Notes: generated from the sequence alone by a model not told the origin. Shown: positions 1 to 9,048, counted from the stretch's first letter. The stretch is DNA of 64,000 nt from Microbacteriaceae bacterium (GCA_019638805.1 JAHBTA010000008.1:6835-70834), one strand, 5' to 3'. Made by a program: numbers and translations.

Positions 1-2109
1 GGTTCCGGTGTCCATGCCGACGCGCACCGACAGATCGGCGCCGTGCTGGGCGCCGAAGCGCTCCACGATGCGCTGCATGTCGAGGGCAAGCTCGACCGTG
101 CGCCGGGCGTGGTCCACGCGCGGGACGCTCAGCCCGCAGCTGGCCAGGTAGCCCTGACGCGTGGTGCGCACGCGCTCCACCCCGTGCGCCTCCGCCGCCT
201 CGTCGAAGGCGCGGAAGATGTCGTTGAGGAGGTCCAGAGCCCGGTCGCTCGTCGTGCTGCGGCCGAACTCCTCGAAGCCGACGATGTCGGCGAACATGAC
301 CGTGACCTCCTGGTGGTCCTGCACGATGGTGCGGACCCCCTCGCGGTAGCGCTTGGCCAGCGTCTCGGGCATGAGGGTACGCAGCAGCCGGTCGTTCTCT
401 GCCCGCTGCTCGTCGATGAGGGCGGCCTTGAGCTCGAGGCTGCGGCTCATGTCGTTGAACGCGGCCGCGACGTCGGCCAGCTCGTCGGATTCGCCGGCCT
501 CCACCTGCACACCCTGCTCGCCTGCGGCGATGCGGCGCGCCGCATCCCGCAGCCGGCGCAGCGGGCGGACCGCGAGCCCGGCGAAGATCACCGAGAGCAG
601 CGAGACGACCGCGACGATGATCGCGGAGGAGATGGCCAGACGCTGCGTGAACTGATCGACCGGGGCGAGGGCCTCCTCCGCGTCGATCTCGGCGACGATG
701 GCCCATTTGAGCCCGTGCGACCGGAACGGCGCATAAGCGGCGATGGTCTGCGACCCGAGGTAGTTGCGCGAGGTGACCGTTCCGCGCTGCCCGTCGAGGG
801 CCAGGTTCGCGGCTTCGGTGTCGACCGGCTGGAGCAGGAGGGTCTCGCCACTGCTGACCGCCTGCTCGGCGATCTCCTCGGACAGTCCCGCCTGCACGGC
901 GGCCTGGAGGTAGGCCTGCGGGTCCTCGGCGAGGTCGCGCGAGACGGATCGCATGGTGGGCACGGGTTCGCTGCCCGAGCGGCCGGCGAGGTAGGCCTCG
1001 CCCGTGCGGCCCAGACCGCTGTCGGACCATTTGCCGTCGCCGGTCATGATCGCGTTGATGCGGGCGATCGGCAGCTGCACCGCGAGGGCGCCCACCGGCG
1101 CGCCCTGGGTGCTCTCCCCCGTGCCGTCCGCGGTGGACGCGCCCCCGGCGAGCGGCACGACGGCCCAGGCGACCGGGGAGCCCAGCGCCGGCGAGTAGCG
1201 CTGGAAGTCGCTGAACACCACGGTGTCCAGGCCCTGGATCGTCGACATGGCGGTGGCGAACGTGATCCCGAGCCCGGTGAAGCTGTAGGGCCCCTTGGTC
1301 AGGTCGGCGCCGAGATCGACGCCCTTGGACTCGGTGTAGACCACGCGGCCGTCGCCGTCGATGAGCACCAGATCGTCGAACTTGAGCAGCGTCGCCATGC
1401 GATGCAGGTAGTCGTGGTAGCGCGAGTGCGCCGCCGACCACGCGCTGCCGTCGCCCGCGTCGTTGACGGCGGAGGGGTCTGCGCCCTGACCGGTCTGACC
1501 GGTCTGACCGCCCTCGCCGTCGTCGTCGCCCTGGCCGTCGTCGCCCTGGCCGTCGTCGCCGGCCGGGGCGCTCAGCGCCACCAGGTAGTGGTACAGCAGA
1601 TAGCGCGAGCCGCGCGAGGAGGGGTCGAAACTCGCCGGATCGACGTCCTCGCCCGTGGCCTCGGCCAGCGCGGGAGCGAACTGGTTCACGAAGTACGAGG
1701 TGACGGCGGCGTTCTGCTCCGGCGTCAGCGTCAGGCCCGGCGCTCCCGACGAGCCCTGGGCGTTCCCGGCCGCGTCGAGTTCGTCGAGCGCGGCCGCGAA
1801 CGCCTGCTCGGCGCCGGAGACCGAGCTGTCTCGGCTCGCCAGCAGGAGCGAGTTCTCCACCGCATCGAGCAGGTTGACCAGCTGGCGGGCGCGCGCATCC
1901 CGCACCTCGATGAGGCGGTCGTAGGCGGCGTCCTTGAGGGAGTCGGTGCCGTTCAGATAGCCGAGGACACCGCCCACCACATTGGAGCCGATGCTCACCA
2001 CGAGCAGCATGAGCAGGAGCCACGACTTGATGCTGAGCTGCGCGGCCGTACGGCGGGCGCGCACGGCGACGTGCTCGCCGCCCGATTCCCCGCTCGCCCC
2101 GCTGCTCAT
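1..2109 (-). CDS. Membrane adenylate/guanylate cyclase (extracytoplasmic Cache-like sensor, HAMP, class III cyclase domain); C-terminal end runs off the window
   Basis: It is absent from the ORF track because it has no stop inside the window. The minus-strand reading from ATG 2109-2107 gives MSSGASGESGGEHVAVRARRTAAQLSIKSWLLLMLLVVSIGSNV... (TM helix). A long extracytoplasmic region, a second TM and a HAMP domain follow. The sequence then reads ...HQEVTVMFADIVGFEEFGRSTTSDRALDLLNDIFRAFDEAAEAHGVERVRTTRQGYLASCGLSVPRVDHARRTVELALDMQRIVERFGAQHGADLSVRVGMDTGT, which is the class III cyclase signature. The frame runs exactly to base 1. The + strand ORF 43..2526 is its antisense shadow. Confidence 0.8.
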   Translation of the reverse strand, partial: MSSGASGESGGEHVAVRARRTAAQLSIKSWLLLMLLVVSIGSNVVGGVLGYLNGTDSLKDAAYDRLIEVRDARARQLVNLLDAVENSLLLASRDSSVSGAEQAFAAALDELDAAGNAQGSSGAPGLTLTPEQNAAVTSYFVNQFAPALAEATGEDVDPASFDPSSRGSRYLLYHYLVALSAPAGDDGQGDDGQGDDDGEGGQTGQTGQGADPSAVNDAGDGSAWSAAHSRYHDYLHRMATLLKFDDLVLIDGDGRVVYTESKGVDLGADLTKGPYSFTGLGITFATAMSTIQGLDTVVFSDFQRYSPALGSPVAWAVVPLAGGASTADGTGESTQGAPVGALAVQLPIARINAIMTGDGKWSDSGLGRTGEAYLAGRSGSEPVPTMRSVSRDLAEDPQAYLQAAVQAGLSEEIAEQAVSSGETLLLQPVDTEAANLALDGQRGTVTSRNYLGSQTIAAYAPFRSHGLKWAIVAEIDAEEALAPVDQFTQRLAISSAIIVAVVSLLSVIFAGLAVRPLRRLRDAARRIAAGEQGVQVEAGESDELADVAAAFNDMSRSLELKAALIDEQRAENDRLLRTLMPETLAKRYREGVRTIVQDHQEVTVMFADIVGFEEFGRSTTSDRALDLLNDIFRAFDEAAEAHGVERVRTTRQGYLASCGLSVPRVDHARRTVELALDMQRIVERFGAQHGADLSVRVGMDTGT
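1486..1560. repeat. In-frame tandem repeats inside the cyclase sensor region: 9-bp CTGACCGGT x3 (1486-1512) and 15-bp CGTCGTCGCCCTGGC x about 2.6 (1521-1560)
   Basis: Read directly from the sequence. On the coding strand they encode the low-complexity stretch GDDGQGDDGQGDDDGEGGQTGQTGQG. Confidence 0.85.
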
Positions 2110-2225
2110 GGTGCCTCCCATGCCCCGCGCGCGACGCCAAGACGGGTCGCGGTCGCCCGCATTGGGGCTCCAACGCGGGATGCCCCACTTTATCGGCAGG
2201 TGCGGCGGCAGGCGACAACGGATCC

Positions 2226-2246
2226 GGGGGCCAACGCGGGGCCCCC
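2226..2246 (-). terminator. GC hairpin just 3' of the SnoaL-like gene
   Basis: GGGGGCC (2226-2232) and GGCCCCC (2240-2246) form a 7-bp stem with a 7-nt loop. There is no U-tract, which is common in high-GC actinobacteria. Confidence 0.4.
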
Positions 2247-2282
2247 TCAGGCGCGCAGTCAGGCGCGCAGTCAGGCGCGCAG
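2247..2282. repeat. Perfect 12-bp tandem repeat TCAGGCGCGCAG x3 that includes the stop codon of CDS 2271..2750
   Basis: The copies lie at 2247-2258, 2259-2270 and 2271-2282. On the minus strand each copy reads CTG CGC GCC TGA (L R A stop). Confidence 0.95.
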
Positions 2283-2750
2283 TCGATCGAGGGCACCGCT
2301 CTGGGCGAGAAGGGCGAACCGGTCGGGAATGCCCCAGTGCTCGGCGATGCGCAGCCCGTCATCTGCGCCCGGGTCGCCCGTCTCAACCGTGCGCACCACG
2401 TCGATGACCGTGATCTCGAAGGGCTTCCCGCTGGGCGGGCCGAAGAACGGGCCCGTCAGGGTCCCACTGCCCAGCACCCGCACCCAGGTGACGTCGCCGC
2501 GCTGCGCCCAGTCCTGCAGTTCGTAGCGGATGTCGGGCGCCATCGCGTGCAGGTCGGCGATCGCCCGCCGGGTCTTGTCGAGCGCCTGCTCGCCTGTGCC
2601 GGTCATGCCGAACTGGTGCGCCACGAGCCCCGGATCGAAGATCTCGTCGACCACCTCGGTACGCCCCTGCGCGAAGCCCTCGTCGAGCACCCGCATGAGC
2701 AGCCGGACCGCCGGCGGCAGAGTCTCCACGCGATCGTCGTTCGTCATCAT
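2271..2750 (-). CDS. SnoaL-like / ester cyclase family protein
   Basis: This is the 159-aa track ORF. Stretches such as ...AIADLHAMAPDIRYELQDWAQRGDVTWVRVLGSGTLTGPFFGPPSGKPFEITVIDVVRT...IAEHWGIPD fit my memory of SnoaL-like cyclase-fold proteins. SD GAGAGG lies 3-4 nt before the ATG. The overlapping ORF 2383..2754 is in another frame and is Arg/Gly-rich junk. Confidence 0.75.
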   Translation of the reverse strand: MMTNDDRVETLPPAVRLLMRVLDEGFAQGRTEVVDEIFDPGLVAHQFGMTGTGEQALDKTRRAIADLHAMAPDIRYELQDWAQRGDVTWVRVLGSGTLTGPFFGPPSGKPFEITVIDVVRTVETGDPGADDGLRIAEHWGIPDRFALLAQSGALDRLRA

Positions 2751-2769
2751 ACACCTCTCATGTATTCAT

Positions 2770-2796
2770 TGCAGTGTCACTGCATCCAATGCATTG
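2770..2796. promoter_or_regulatory. Operator-like palindromes in the SnoaL/TetR divergent gap
   Basis: There is a perfect 7-1-7 palindrome TGCAGTGTCACTGCA (2770-2784) and a 10-bp palindrome CAATGCATTG (2787-2796). Both sit within the 59-bp gap between the two divergent starts. Confidence 0.5.
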
Positions 2797-2797
2797 A

Positions 2798-2803
2798 TAG
2801 TGT
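2798..2803 (+). promoter_or_regulatory. Candidate -10 box TAGTGT placed for a leaderless TetR transcript
   Basis: The TANNNT hexamer ends 7 nt before the GTG at 2810. No SD lies between them. Confidence 0.35.
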
Positions 2804-2809
2804 CGATCC

Positions 2810-3418
2810 GTGCCCGCTGTCAAGCCCCCTGCGCCGACCTGGCGTCAGCAGCAGGCGCAGGCAACCCGCGACCGCATCGCCGAGGCGGCCAGGGAGATGT
2901 TCGCCGCGCACGGCTACGCGACCACCTCCATCGACGCCATCGCGCAGAGCGCGGGAGTCGCCCAGCGCACCGTCTACGCCGCGTTCGGCAGCAAGCGCGA
3001 GATCCTCTCGGCGATCTGCGAGGCCTGGCTGGCGCGGGCCCGCGCGCGCGAGGCGGCCGCCGAGGTGCTCGCCGAACCCGATCCCCTCGCCCGACTGCGC
3101 GGTGCCGGCGCCTGGCTGGCCGACCTGTACGGCGCGGGCCTCGACGTGGCCATCGTGCTCGAGAGCGCCTCGGACGAGAGCCCCGAGACCCAGCAGCTGC
3201 TGCGCGCCAAGCTGGCCGGCCGCGATCGCGTCATGAACGACTTCATCCGCTCGCTCGGGCCGGCGCTAGCCGTGCCCACCGCGGAGGCGCAGGCGCTCTT
3301 CCGCGCCCTCGCCGCGCCCGGGGTCTACCGCGAGCTCGTCGAGCACGCCGGCTGGGGCCGCGACCGCTTCGCGGCGTGGGTCGCCGAGACGCTCGAGCGT
3401 ACGATCCTGCACGCCTGA
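2810..3418 (+). CDS. TetR family transcriptional regulator
   Basis: The N-terminal HTH reads ...ATRDRIAEAAREMFAAHGYATTSIDAIAQSAGVAQRTVYAAFGSKREIL... The gene is divergent from the SnoaL-like gene. Confidence 0.9.
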   Translation: MPAVKPPAPTWRQQQAQATRDRIAEAAREMFAAHGYATTSIDAIAQSAGVAQRTVYAAFGSKREILSAICEAWLARARAREAAAEVLAEPDPLARLRGAGAWLADLYGAGLDVAIVLESASDESPETQQLLRAKLAGRDRVMNDFIRSLGPALAVPTAEAQALFRALAAPGVYRELVEHAGWGRDRFAAWVAETLERTILHA

Positions 3419-3500
3419 GCCTGCGCGTGGGCTCCCTCATGAGACCGGCGCACCCTCCCGCTGCCGGACCCGGAGCGCAGCCCGCCGGTCAGCCCGCGGC

Positions 3501-5390
3501 TCAGTCCTCCTCGACTCGCGCCGCCGCCAACTGCTCCGCAAAGAGCGTCGCGTACACCCCGCCGGCCGCCAACAGCTCGGCGTGCGTTCCCCGCTCGGCG
3601 ATGCGCCCCGCATCCACCACGAAGATCACGTCGGCTCCCACCACGGTCGAGAGCCGGTGCGCGATCGCGATGGTGGTGCGACCGCGCGACGCCTCGTCGA
3701 GGGCGCCCTGCACGACGCGTTCGCTCACGGTGTCCAGGGCGCTCGTCGCCTCGTCCAGGATGAGCACCGCCGGGTCCTTGAGCAGCACCCGCGCGATCGC
3801 CACACGCTGCTTCTCGCCACCGGACAGCCGGTAGCCGCGTTCCCCCACCACGGTGTCGTAGGCGTCGGGGAACGACGCGATGGTGTCGTGGATGTTGGCG
3901 CTGCGAGCCGCGGCGATCAGCTCGTCGTTCGTCGCATCCGGTTTGGCGTACCGCAGGTTTTCGGCGATCGTGGCGTGGAACAGGTAGGTCTCCTGCGAGA
4001 CGATCCCGATCGCGCCGATGAGCGAGTCCTGCTTCAGCTCGCGCACGTCGGTCCCCGCGAACAGTACGCGCCCCTCGGTCACGTCGTGCAGCCGGGGCAC
4101 CAGGTAGGAGACCGTCGTCTTGCCGGCCCCCGACGGCCCGACGAAGGCCGCGTACTGGCCCGGCTCGATCGCGAAGCTCACGCCGCGCAGGGTCGCGGGC
4201 GTGTCCTCCGGGGCGTCCGGATACCGGAACACCACGTCCTCGAAGGCCACCTCCCCCAGGTGCGCGGCATCCACGTCGCGGGCGTCCACGGCATCCCGGA
4301 TCGCCGGCGTCAGATCCAGGTACTCGAAGATGCGCGCGAAGAGCGCCTGCGAGGTCTGCAGGTCCAGGGCGACGCGCAGCAGTCCCATGAGCGGACCCAT
4401 GAGGCGGGCCTGCACGGTCGTGAACGCGACCACGGTGCCGGCCGTGACCGGCACGTCCTGGAAGATGAGCCAGGCGGCCACCAGGTAGATGACCGCCGGG
4501 ATGACCGACAGGAAGATACCGACGATCGCGAAGAACCACTGCCCGCTCATGGACTGCCGGATCTGCAGCCCGATCTGCCGGTGGTTCTCGTCGGTGTAGC
4601 GCTGCACCTCGGCGCCCTGCTGGTTGAACGCCTTCGCGAGCAGGATCCCCGAGACGCTCAGGGTCTCCTGCGTGATCGCGGTCATCTCCGAGAGCGACTC
4701 CTGCGTCTTGGTCGCGATGCGCGCGCGCACCTGCCCGACCCGACGCTGGGCGACGACCAGCACGGGCAGCAGCACGACCGCGACCAGGGTCATCTGCCAG
4801 CTCAGCACGATCATCGACACGAGCGCCGCGATCACCGTCACCGTGTTGCCGATGACGCTCTGGATGGTGTTGCTGAGCACCCCGGCCACGCCGCCCACGT
4901 CGTTCTGCAGGCGCGACTGGATGATGCCGGTCTTGGTGCGTGTGAAGAATCCCAGCTCCATGGCCTGCAGGTGCGAGAACAGGCGGATCCGCAGCGCCCC
5001 CATGACGTTGTTGCCGACCTTGGCGGTGAGGTAGGTCTGCCACACGCCCAGGGCCGAGCTCACCACCCAGAGCAGAACCATGATGCCGACCAGCTGCAGC
5101 AGCACGGGGACGTCGGGTGCGCTCTGCCCCTCGTCGGGGAAGAGCCCGCGGTCGAAGGCCTGCTGGGTCAGCAGCGGCGGGGCGACGCTCAGGGCGGCAC
5201 CCACAAGCACGAGCGCGATGGTGACCGCGAGCGGTGCCTTGTACGGCCGGAAGAGCGACGCGATGCGCGGCAGCAGGTCGGGGATCCTGGGCGCTTGCGC
5301 GTTGGCGGCGCGCTGCGCATCGGCGTCCGACATCGACACCCGGCCGCCCCCGCCGCCCCCACGGCCACCGCCCATGCCCCGCATGCTCAC
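3501..5390 (-). CDS. ABC exporter, fused permease/ATP-binding protein (MsbA/MdlB-like)
   Basis: 629 aa. The protein has a six-helix exporter TMD, then Walker A GPSGAGKTT, the signature LSGGEKQR and Walker B VLILDEATSALD. The start could be an internal codon, because the N-terminus is Gly-rich. Confidence 0.9.
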   Translation of the reverse strand: MSMRGMGGGRGGGGGGRVSMSDADAQRAANAQAPRIPDLLPRIASLFRPYKAPLAVTIALVLVGAALSVAPPLLTQQAFDRGLFPDEGQSAPDVPVLLQLVGIMVLLWVVSSALGVWQTYLTAKVGNNVMGALRIRLFSHLQAMELGFFTRTKTGIIQSRLQNDVGGVAGVLSNTIQSVIGNTVTVIAALVSMIVLSWQMTLVAVVLLPVLVVAQRRVGQVRARIATKTQESLSEMTAITQETLSVSGILLAKAFNQQGAEVQRYTDENHRQIGLQIRQSMSGQWFFAIVGIFLSVIPAVIYLVAAWLIFQDVPVTAGTVVAFTTVQARLMGPLMGLLRVALDLQTSQALFARIFEYLDLTPAIRDAVDARDVDAAHLGEVAFEDVVFRYPDAPEDTPATLRGVSFAIEPGQYAAFVGPSGAGKTTVSYLVPRLHDVTEGRVLFAGTDVRELKQDSLIGAIGIVSQETYLFHATIAENLRYAKPDATNDELIAAARSANIHDTIASFPDAYDTVVGERGYRLSGGEKQRVAIARVLLKDPAVLILDEATSALDTVSERVVQGALDEASRGRTTIAIAHRLSTVVGADVIFVVDAGRIAERGTHAELLAAGGVYATLFAEQLAAARVEED

Positions 5391-5446
5391 CCTGGCACGC
5401 TACCGCCGCCGGCCGTCACCTGCCGGCTGCGGTAGCGCGCCTTGCC

Positions 5447-6382
5447 TCACCCCTTCGTCGAGCCGGCCAGCAGCCCGCGCACGAAGTAGCGCTGCAGCGC
5501 GAGGAACACCACGAGCGGCACCAGGATCGAGATGAATGCCCCCGCCGGGAGCAGCTGCGCGTTCTGCCCGAACTCGCCCGTCAGCTCCGCGAGTTTGCGG
5601 GTGATGGGCGCCGCATCCCCGGTGGCGAAGATGAGCGCCACGAGAAGGTCGTTCCAGACCCAGAGGAACTGGAAGATCGCGAACGATGCGATCGCCGGAA
5701 GCGACAGCGGCAGCACGATGCGGAAGAAGATCTGCCCGTGACTCGCACCGTCCACGCGCGCCGCCTCGATGACGTCGCCCGGGATCTCGCTGATGAAGTT
5801 GTGCAGCAGGAAGATCGCCAGCGGCAGCGCGAAGATGGTGTGCGCAATCCACACCTGCGAGTACAACCCCGCCCCGCGCAGACCCTCGTACAGCACCGAG
5901 TCGCCCACGAACAGCCCGCGCGAGAAGAGCGAGAGCAGCGGGACCAGCGCCATCTGAATGGGCACGATCTGCAGCGCGAACACCAGCACGAAGATGATGT
6001 CGCGGCCCTTGAACTGCATCCAGGCGAACGCGTACCCGGCCAACGAGGCGATCACCAGCGGGAAAACGGTCGCCGGGATGGCGATCGCGAGCGAGTTGAC
6101 GAACGGCTGCGCGAGCCCGTCCCGCCCGAACAGCACGTCGGTGTAGTTCTGCAGCGTCACCGTCGGATTGACGAAGATCTGCCACCAGCCGGTGCGGAGG
6201 GTGTCCTCCTTGGGCCGGATCGAGGTGATGAACAGACCGACCGTTGGAATCGTCCAGAGCACCGCGATGATGAGGGATGCGATGGTCGCCCCGCGACTGG
6301 TGAGCCGCTGCTTGGTGCGGCGCGTCGCACCGCGGACCGCGGACTCGGTGAGGGCGGGGTTCGCCGCGACGGAGGTGGTCAT
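5447..6382 (-). CDS. Carbohydrate ABC transporter permease (MalG-like)
   Basis: The track ORF 5447..7354 is over-extended. ATG 6382 overlaps the upstream stop (ATGA at 6379-6382). The protein begins MTTSVAANPALTES... and carries the EAA loop ...EAARVDGASHGQIFFRIVLPLS... Confidence 0.9.
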   Translation of the reverse strand: MTTSVAANPALTESAVRGATRRTKQRLTSRGATIASLIIAVLWTIPTVGLFITSIRPKEDTLRTGWWQIFVNPTVTLQNYTDVLFGRDGLAQPFVNSLAIAIPATVFPLVIASLAGYAFAWMQFKGRDIIFVLVFALQIVPIQMALVPLLSLFSRGLFVGDSVLYEGLRGAGLYSQVWIAHTIFALPLAIFLLHNFISEIPGDVIEAARVDGASHGQIFFRIVLPLSLPAIASFAIFQFLWVWNDLLVALIFATGDAAPITRKLAELTGEFGQNAQLLPAGAFISILVPLVVFLALQRYFVRGLLAGSTKG

Positions 6383-7509
6383 CGGATCTCCCTCGACTTC
6401 TGGATCTGCCGGGCGTTGTAGATGACGATCGGCATGACGAGCAGGAACAGGATGACGGCGAAGGCCGACGAGCGACCGGCCTCGAACTTCTGCAGCAGGG
6501 TCACCATCTCGTTGGCGATGACGCCCGTGTCCGGGTAGGCCGTTCCCATGGTGCGCACGATGTCGAAGACCTTGAGCGAGGCGATCGAGATGGTCGTGAG
6601 GACCACGATGAGCGAAGGCCGGATCGCCGGCACCTGCACGTTCCAGAATCGCTGCCAGGCGTTCGTGCCGTCCAGCTGCGCCGCCTCGATCTGCTCGACC
6701 GCCACGCCCTTGAGCGCCGCGGAGAGGATCACCATGGCGAACCCGGTCTGCACCCAGATGAGCACGATCGTCAGCAGGAAGGTATTGAGCGGCACCTGCT
6801 GCAGCCAGTTGACCGGATCGAGTCCCAGACCGGTGAGGATGCCGTTCCACAGCCCGATCTGGTCGCGGTCGCCGGGGCGATAGTCGTACACGAACCGCCA
6901 GATGACGCTCGCGCCGACGAACGAGATCGCCATGGGCATGAAGACCAGGACCTTGAAGAACTTCTCGCCGCGGCTGCGGTCGATGAAGACCGCGTAGGCG
7001 AGGCCGATGGCCGTCGACACCACGGGGACCACGAGCACCCAGATGATGGTGTTGCGGATCACGATCAGGTTGTCGGGCTGGCTGAAGATCCACACGTAGT
7101 TGTCGAGGCCGATGAAGGCGCCGCGGTTGCTGAGCAGCGACCCCCACAGGGTCGCGAAGGTCGGGTACACGAGCCCGACGAGGAGGAGCAGAATCGCCGG
7201 TGACAGGAACCCGAACAGGGCGAAGAGGTAGCCGGACCCCTTCCTGCTGCGGTAGTCGAGCAGGAAGAACACCCCGCCCAGAACGACAGCGGCCGCAACG
7301 GCCCACCAGACCGATCCCAGCAGCAGCAGCACGACGCCGGGGATCACGAGGCACGCCGCGAAGCGGATGACCGTGTAGACCGTTCCGGGTCGGGGTGCGA
7401 CCTCGATGAGCAGCACGACCACGGTGGCGACCACCAGGAAGGCCACCACGACGATCGGGATCTGCAGAAGGGGCGGGAGAGATCCCAGCCAGCTGAGGAA
7501 GTCTTTCAC
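6379..7509 (-). CDS. Carbohydrate ABC transporter permease (MalF-like) with an extra N-terminal membrane segment
   Basis: 376 aa. The EAA loop reads ...IEAAQLDGTNAWQRFWNVQVPAIRP... About 80 hydrophobic N-terminal residues exceed the usual six-TM core. The start is not certain. Confidence 0.85.
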   Translation of the reverse strand: MKDFLSWLGSLPPLLQIPIVVVAFLVVATVVVLLIEVAPRPGTVYTVIRFAACLVIPGVVLLLLGSVWWAVAAAVVLGGVFFLLDYRSRKGSGYLFALFGFLSPAILLLLVGLVYPTFATLWGSLLSNRGAFIGLDNYVWIFSQPDNLIVIRNTIIWVLVVPVVSTAIGLAYAVFIDRSRGEKFFKVLVFMPMAISFVGASVIWRFVYDYRPGDRDQIGLWNGILTGLGLDPVNWLQQVPLNTFLLTIVLIWVQTGFAMVILSAALKGVAVEQIEAAQLDGTNAWQRFWNVQVPAIRPSLIVVLTTISIASLKVFDIVRTMGTAYPDTGVIANEMVTLLQKFEAGRSSAFAVILFLLVMPIVIYNARQIQKSREIR

Positions 7510-7534
7510 GATCCCTCTTTTCGCTTGTCCATCC

Positions 7535-7611
7535 GCTCGTCGACTCTGACGAGCTTCAACTTGAGAGTAAAGGGGGGCGGACCGCCCGGTCTACGACCAG
7601 ACGGCCCGCCC
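7535..7611 (-). promoter_or_regulatory. Intercistronic hairpins between the binding-protein gene and the first permease gene
   Basis: GGGCGG (7575-7580)/CCGCCC (7606-7611) enclose an imperfect inner stem. GCTCGTC (7535-7541)/GACGAGC (7548-7554) form a 7-bp stem. This position is typical for differential stabilisation of the binding-protein mRNA. Confidence 0.4.
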
Positions 7612-7636
7612 GAGTCACAAGGCTGCTAGGAACTCG

Positions 7637-8965
7637 CTAGGAGCTCGGCCAGCTCGCCTCGATCTTGTCCAGCACGTCCTCGGTGGGCGTGCCGTTCACC
7701 CAGTCGACCATGCCGGTCCAGAAGGTACCCGCACCGACCGCGCCGGGCATGAGGTCGGACGCGTCGAACCGGAACGTGGTGTTCGGGTCCTGCAGCAGCG
7801 TGATGGCCTGGGTCAGGATCGCGCTGGAGGCGTTCGACGGGTCGAGACCCTTGTTGGCGCTGATGACACCGCCGAGCGAGACACGGCTGTTGGCCCAGTC
7901 GCCGCTCGACAGGTACTCCTGCACCTTGATGGTGTCGGCGTCGTTGCTGAACGCGCCGACGATCTCACCACCACCGGTCACCGCCGGGGCGCCCGCGGTC
8001 TCGCCGGGGGTGATGAAGGCCCAGATGCCCTCGTCCTCACCCACGGTGCCGCCGGCGGCCGTGATGAAGCCGTCGTAGAACGACGCCTGGTGGTGCAGGA
8101 TGCAGTCGCCGTCGACCAGCGCGGTGGCCGGGTCGCCGAACGGCGTGCTGTTGATCGTCACGACGTCGCCGTAGCCGGCGTTGACGTAGTCAGGGTTCAG
8201 CAGGATCGAGCCGACCGCGTCGAAGGCCTTCTTGATGGCCGGGTCGTTGAACGGGATCTCGTGGGCGACCCACTTGTCGTAGACCTCGGGTCCGGACTGG
8301 CGGAGCACCAGGTCCTCGATCCAGTCGGTTCCGGGCCAGCCGGTCGCGGCGTCCGAGCCGAAGCCCGCGCACCACGGCTTCTGGCCGGAGTCGGCGATCG
8401 TCTGGGTGAGCGTCAGCAGCTCGTCCCAGGTCTGCGGCACGGCCCAGCCGTTGGCCTCGAAGACCGCGGGCGAGTACCAGATGAAGCCCTTGACGCTCGC
8501 CATGAGCGGCGCACCCACCAGGGTGCCGTCGACCGTGCCGTACGCGGCCCAGTCCTCCGACCAGCCGTCGGCGACGTTGGCCGCGACGCCCTCGGGGGCG
8601 GGCTGCATGTAGCCGCGCGTGGCCAGGTCGGCCAGCAGGCCGGGCTGCGGGAAGATCGCGAGGTCCGGCGGGTTGCCGCCCTGGGCCAGCGATCCGATCT
8701 GCGCCTCGAACTCCTTGGTCGACTCGTACTTGATGTCGATCCCGTTCTCCTCCTCCCAGTCCGCCCAGGACTGCTCGAGCAGGTCGGCCTCGGTGTCGGC
8801 GATGGTGCCCATGATCGTCACGACTCCATCGGCTTCACCGGCATCGCCGGGGCCGAAAGAGCTGCCACCCCCGCCGCCTCCGCCGGAGCAGCCGGCGAGC
8901 ACGACGCTCGTGGCTCCGACGATGACCGCAGTGGCGAGCAAACGATGGTTCACGCGTGAACGCAT
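7637..8965 (-). CDS. Sugar ABC transporter substrate-binding lipoprotein (family 1 SBP)
   Basis: I moved the start to ATG 8965, which has AGGAGGA 5 nt upstream. The protein begins MRSRVNHRLLATAVIVGATSVVLAGCSGGGGG, with lipobox LAGC. The 92 upstream codons of the track ORF look non-coding. Confidence 0.85.
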   Translation of the reverse strand: MRSRVNHRLLATAVIVGATSVVLAGCSGGGGGGGSSFGPGDAGEADGVVTIMGTIADTEADLLEQSWADWEEENGIDIKYESTKEFEAQIGSLAQGGNPPDLAIFPQPGLLADLATRGYMQPAPEGVAANVADGWSEDWAAYGTVDGTLVGAPLMASVKGFIWYSPAVFEANGWAVPQTWDELLTLTQTIADSGQKPWCAGFGSDAATGWPGTDWIEDLVLRQSGPEVYDKWVAHEIPFNDPAIKKAFDAVGSILLNPDYVNAGYGDVVTINSTPFGDPATALVDGDCILHHQASFYDGFITAAGGTVGEDEGIWAFITPGETAGAPAVTGGGEIVGAFSNDADTIKVQEYLSSGDWANSRVSLGGVISANKGLDPSNASSAILTQAITLLQDPNTTFRFDASDLMPGAVGAGTFWTGMVDWVNGTPTEDVLDKIEASWPSS

Positions 8966-9048
8966 GTGTTTCCTCCTCATTGAGGCTCGGCCCCGCCGGG
9001 ATGCGGCGGAGCGTGGATGGTGCAGGACACGGAACGCGGGAGCGCTTT

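Noticed and set aside
43-2526. 827-aa + strand ORF, the longest ORF at the left end of the window
   Set aside because: Its translation is Arg/Gly/Asp/Leu-rich with no recognisable motif. The opposite strand encodes a clean Cache-HAMP-cyclase protein in frame to base 1. It is an antisense shadow typical of GC-rich DNA.
6383-7354. N-terminal 324 codons of track ORF 5447..7354
   Set aside because: This part overlaps the upstream permease gene in a different frame. The real start is ATG 6382 in an ATGA overlap.
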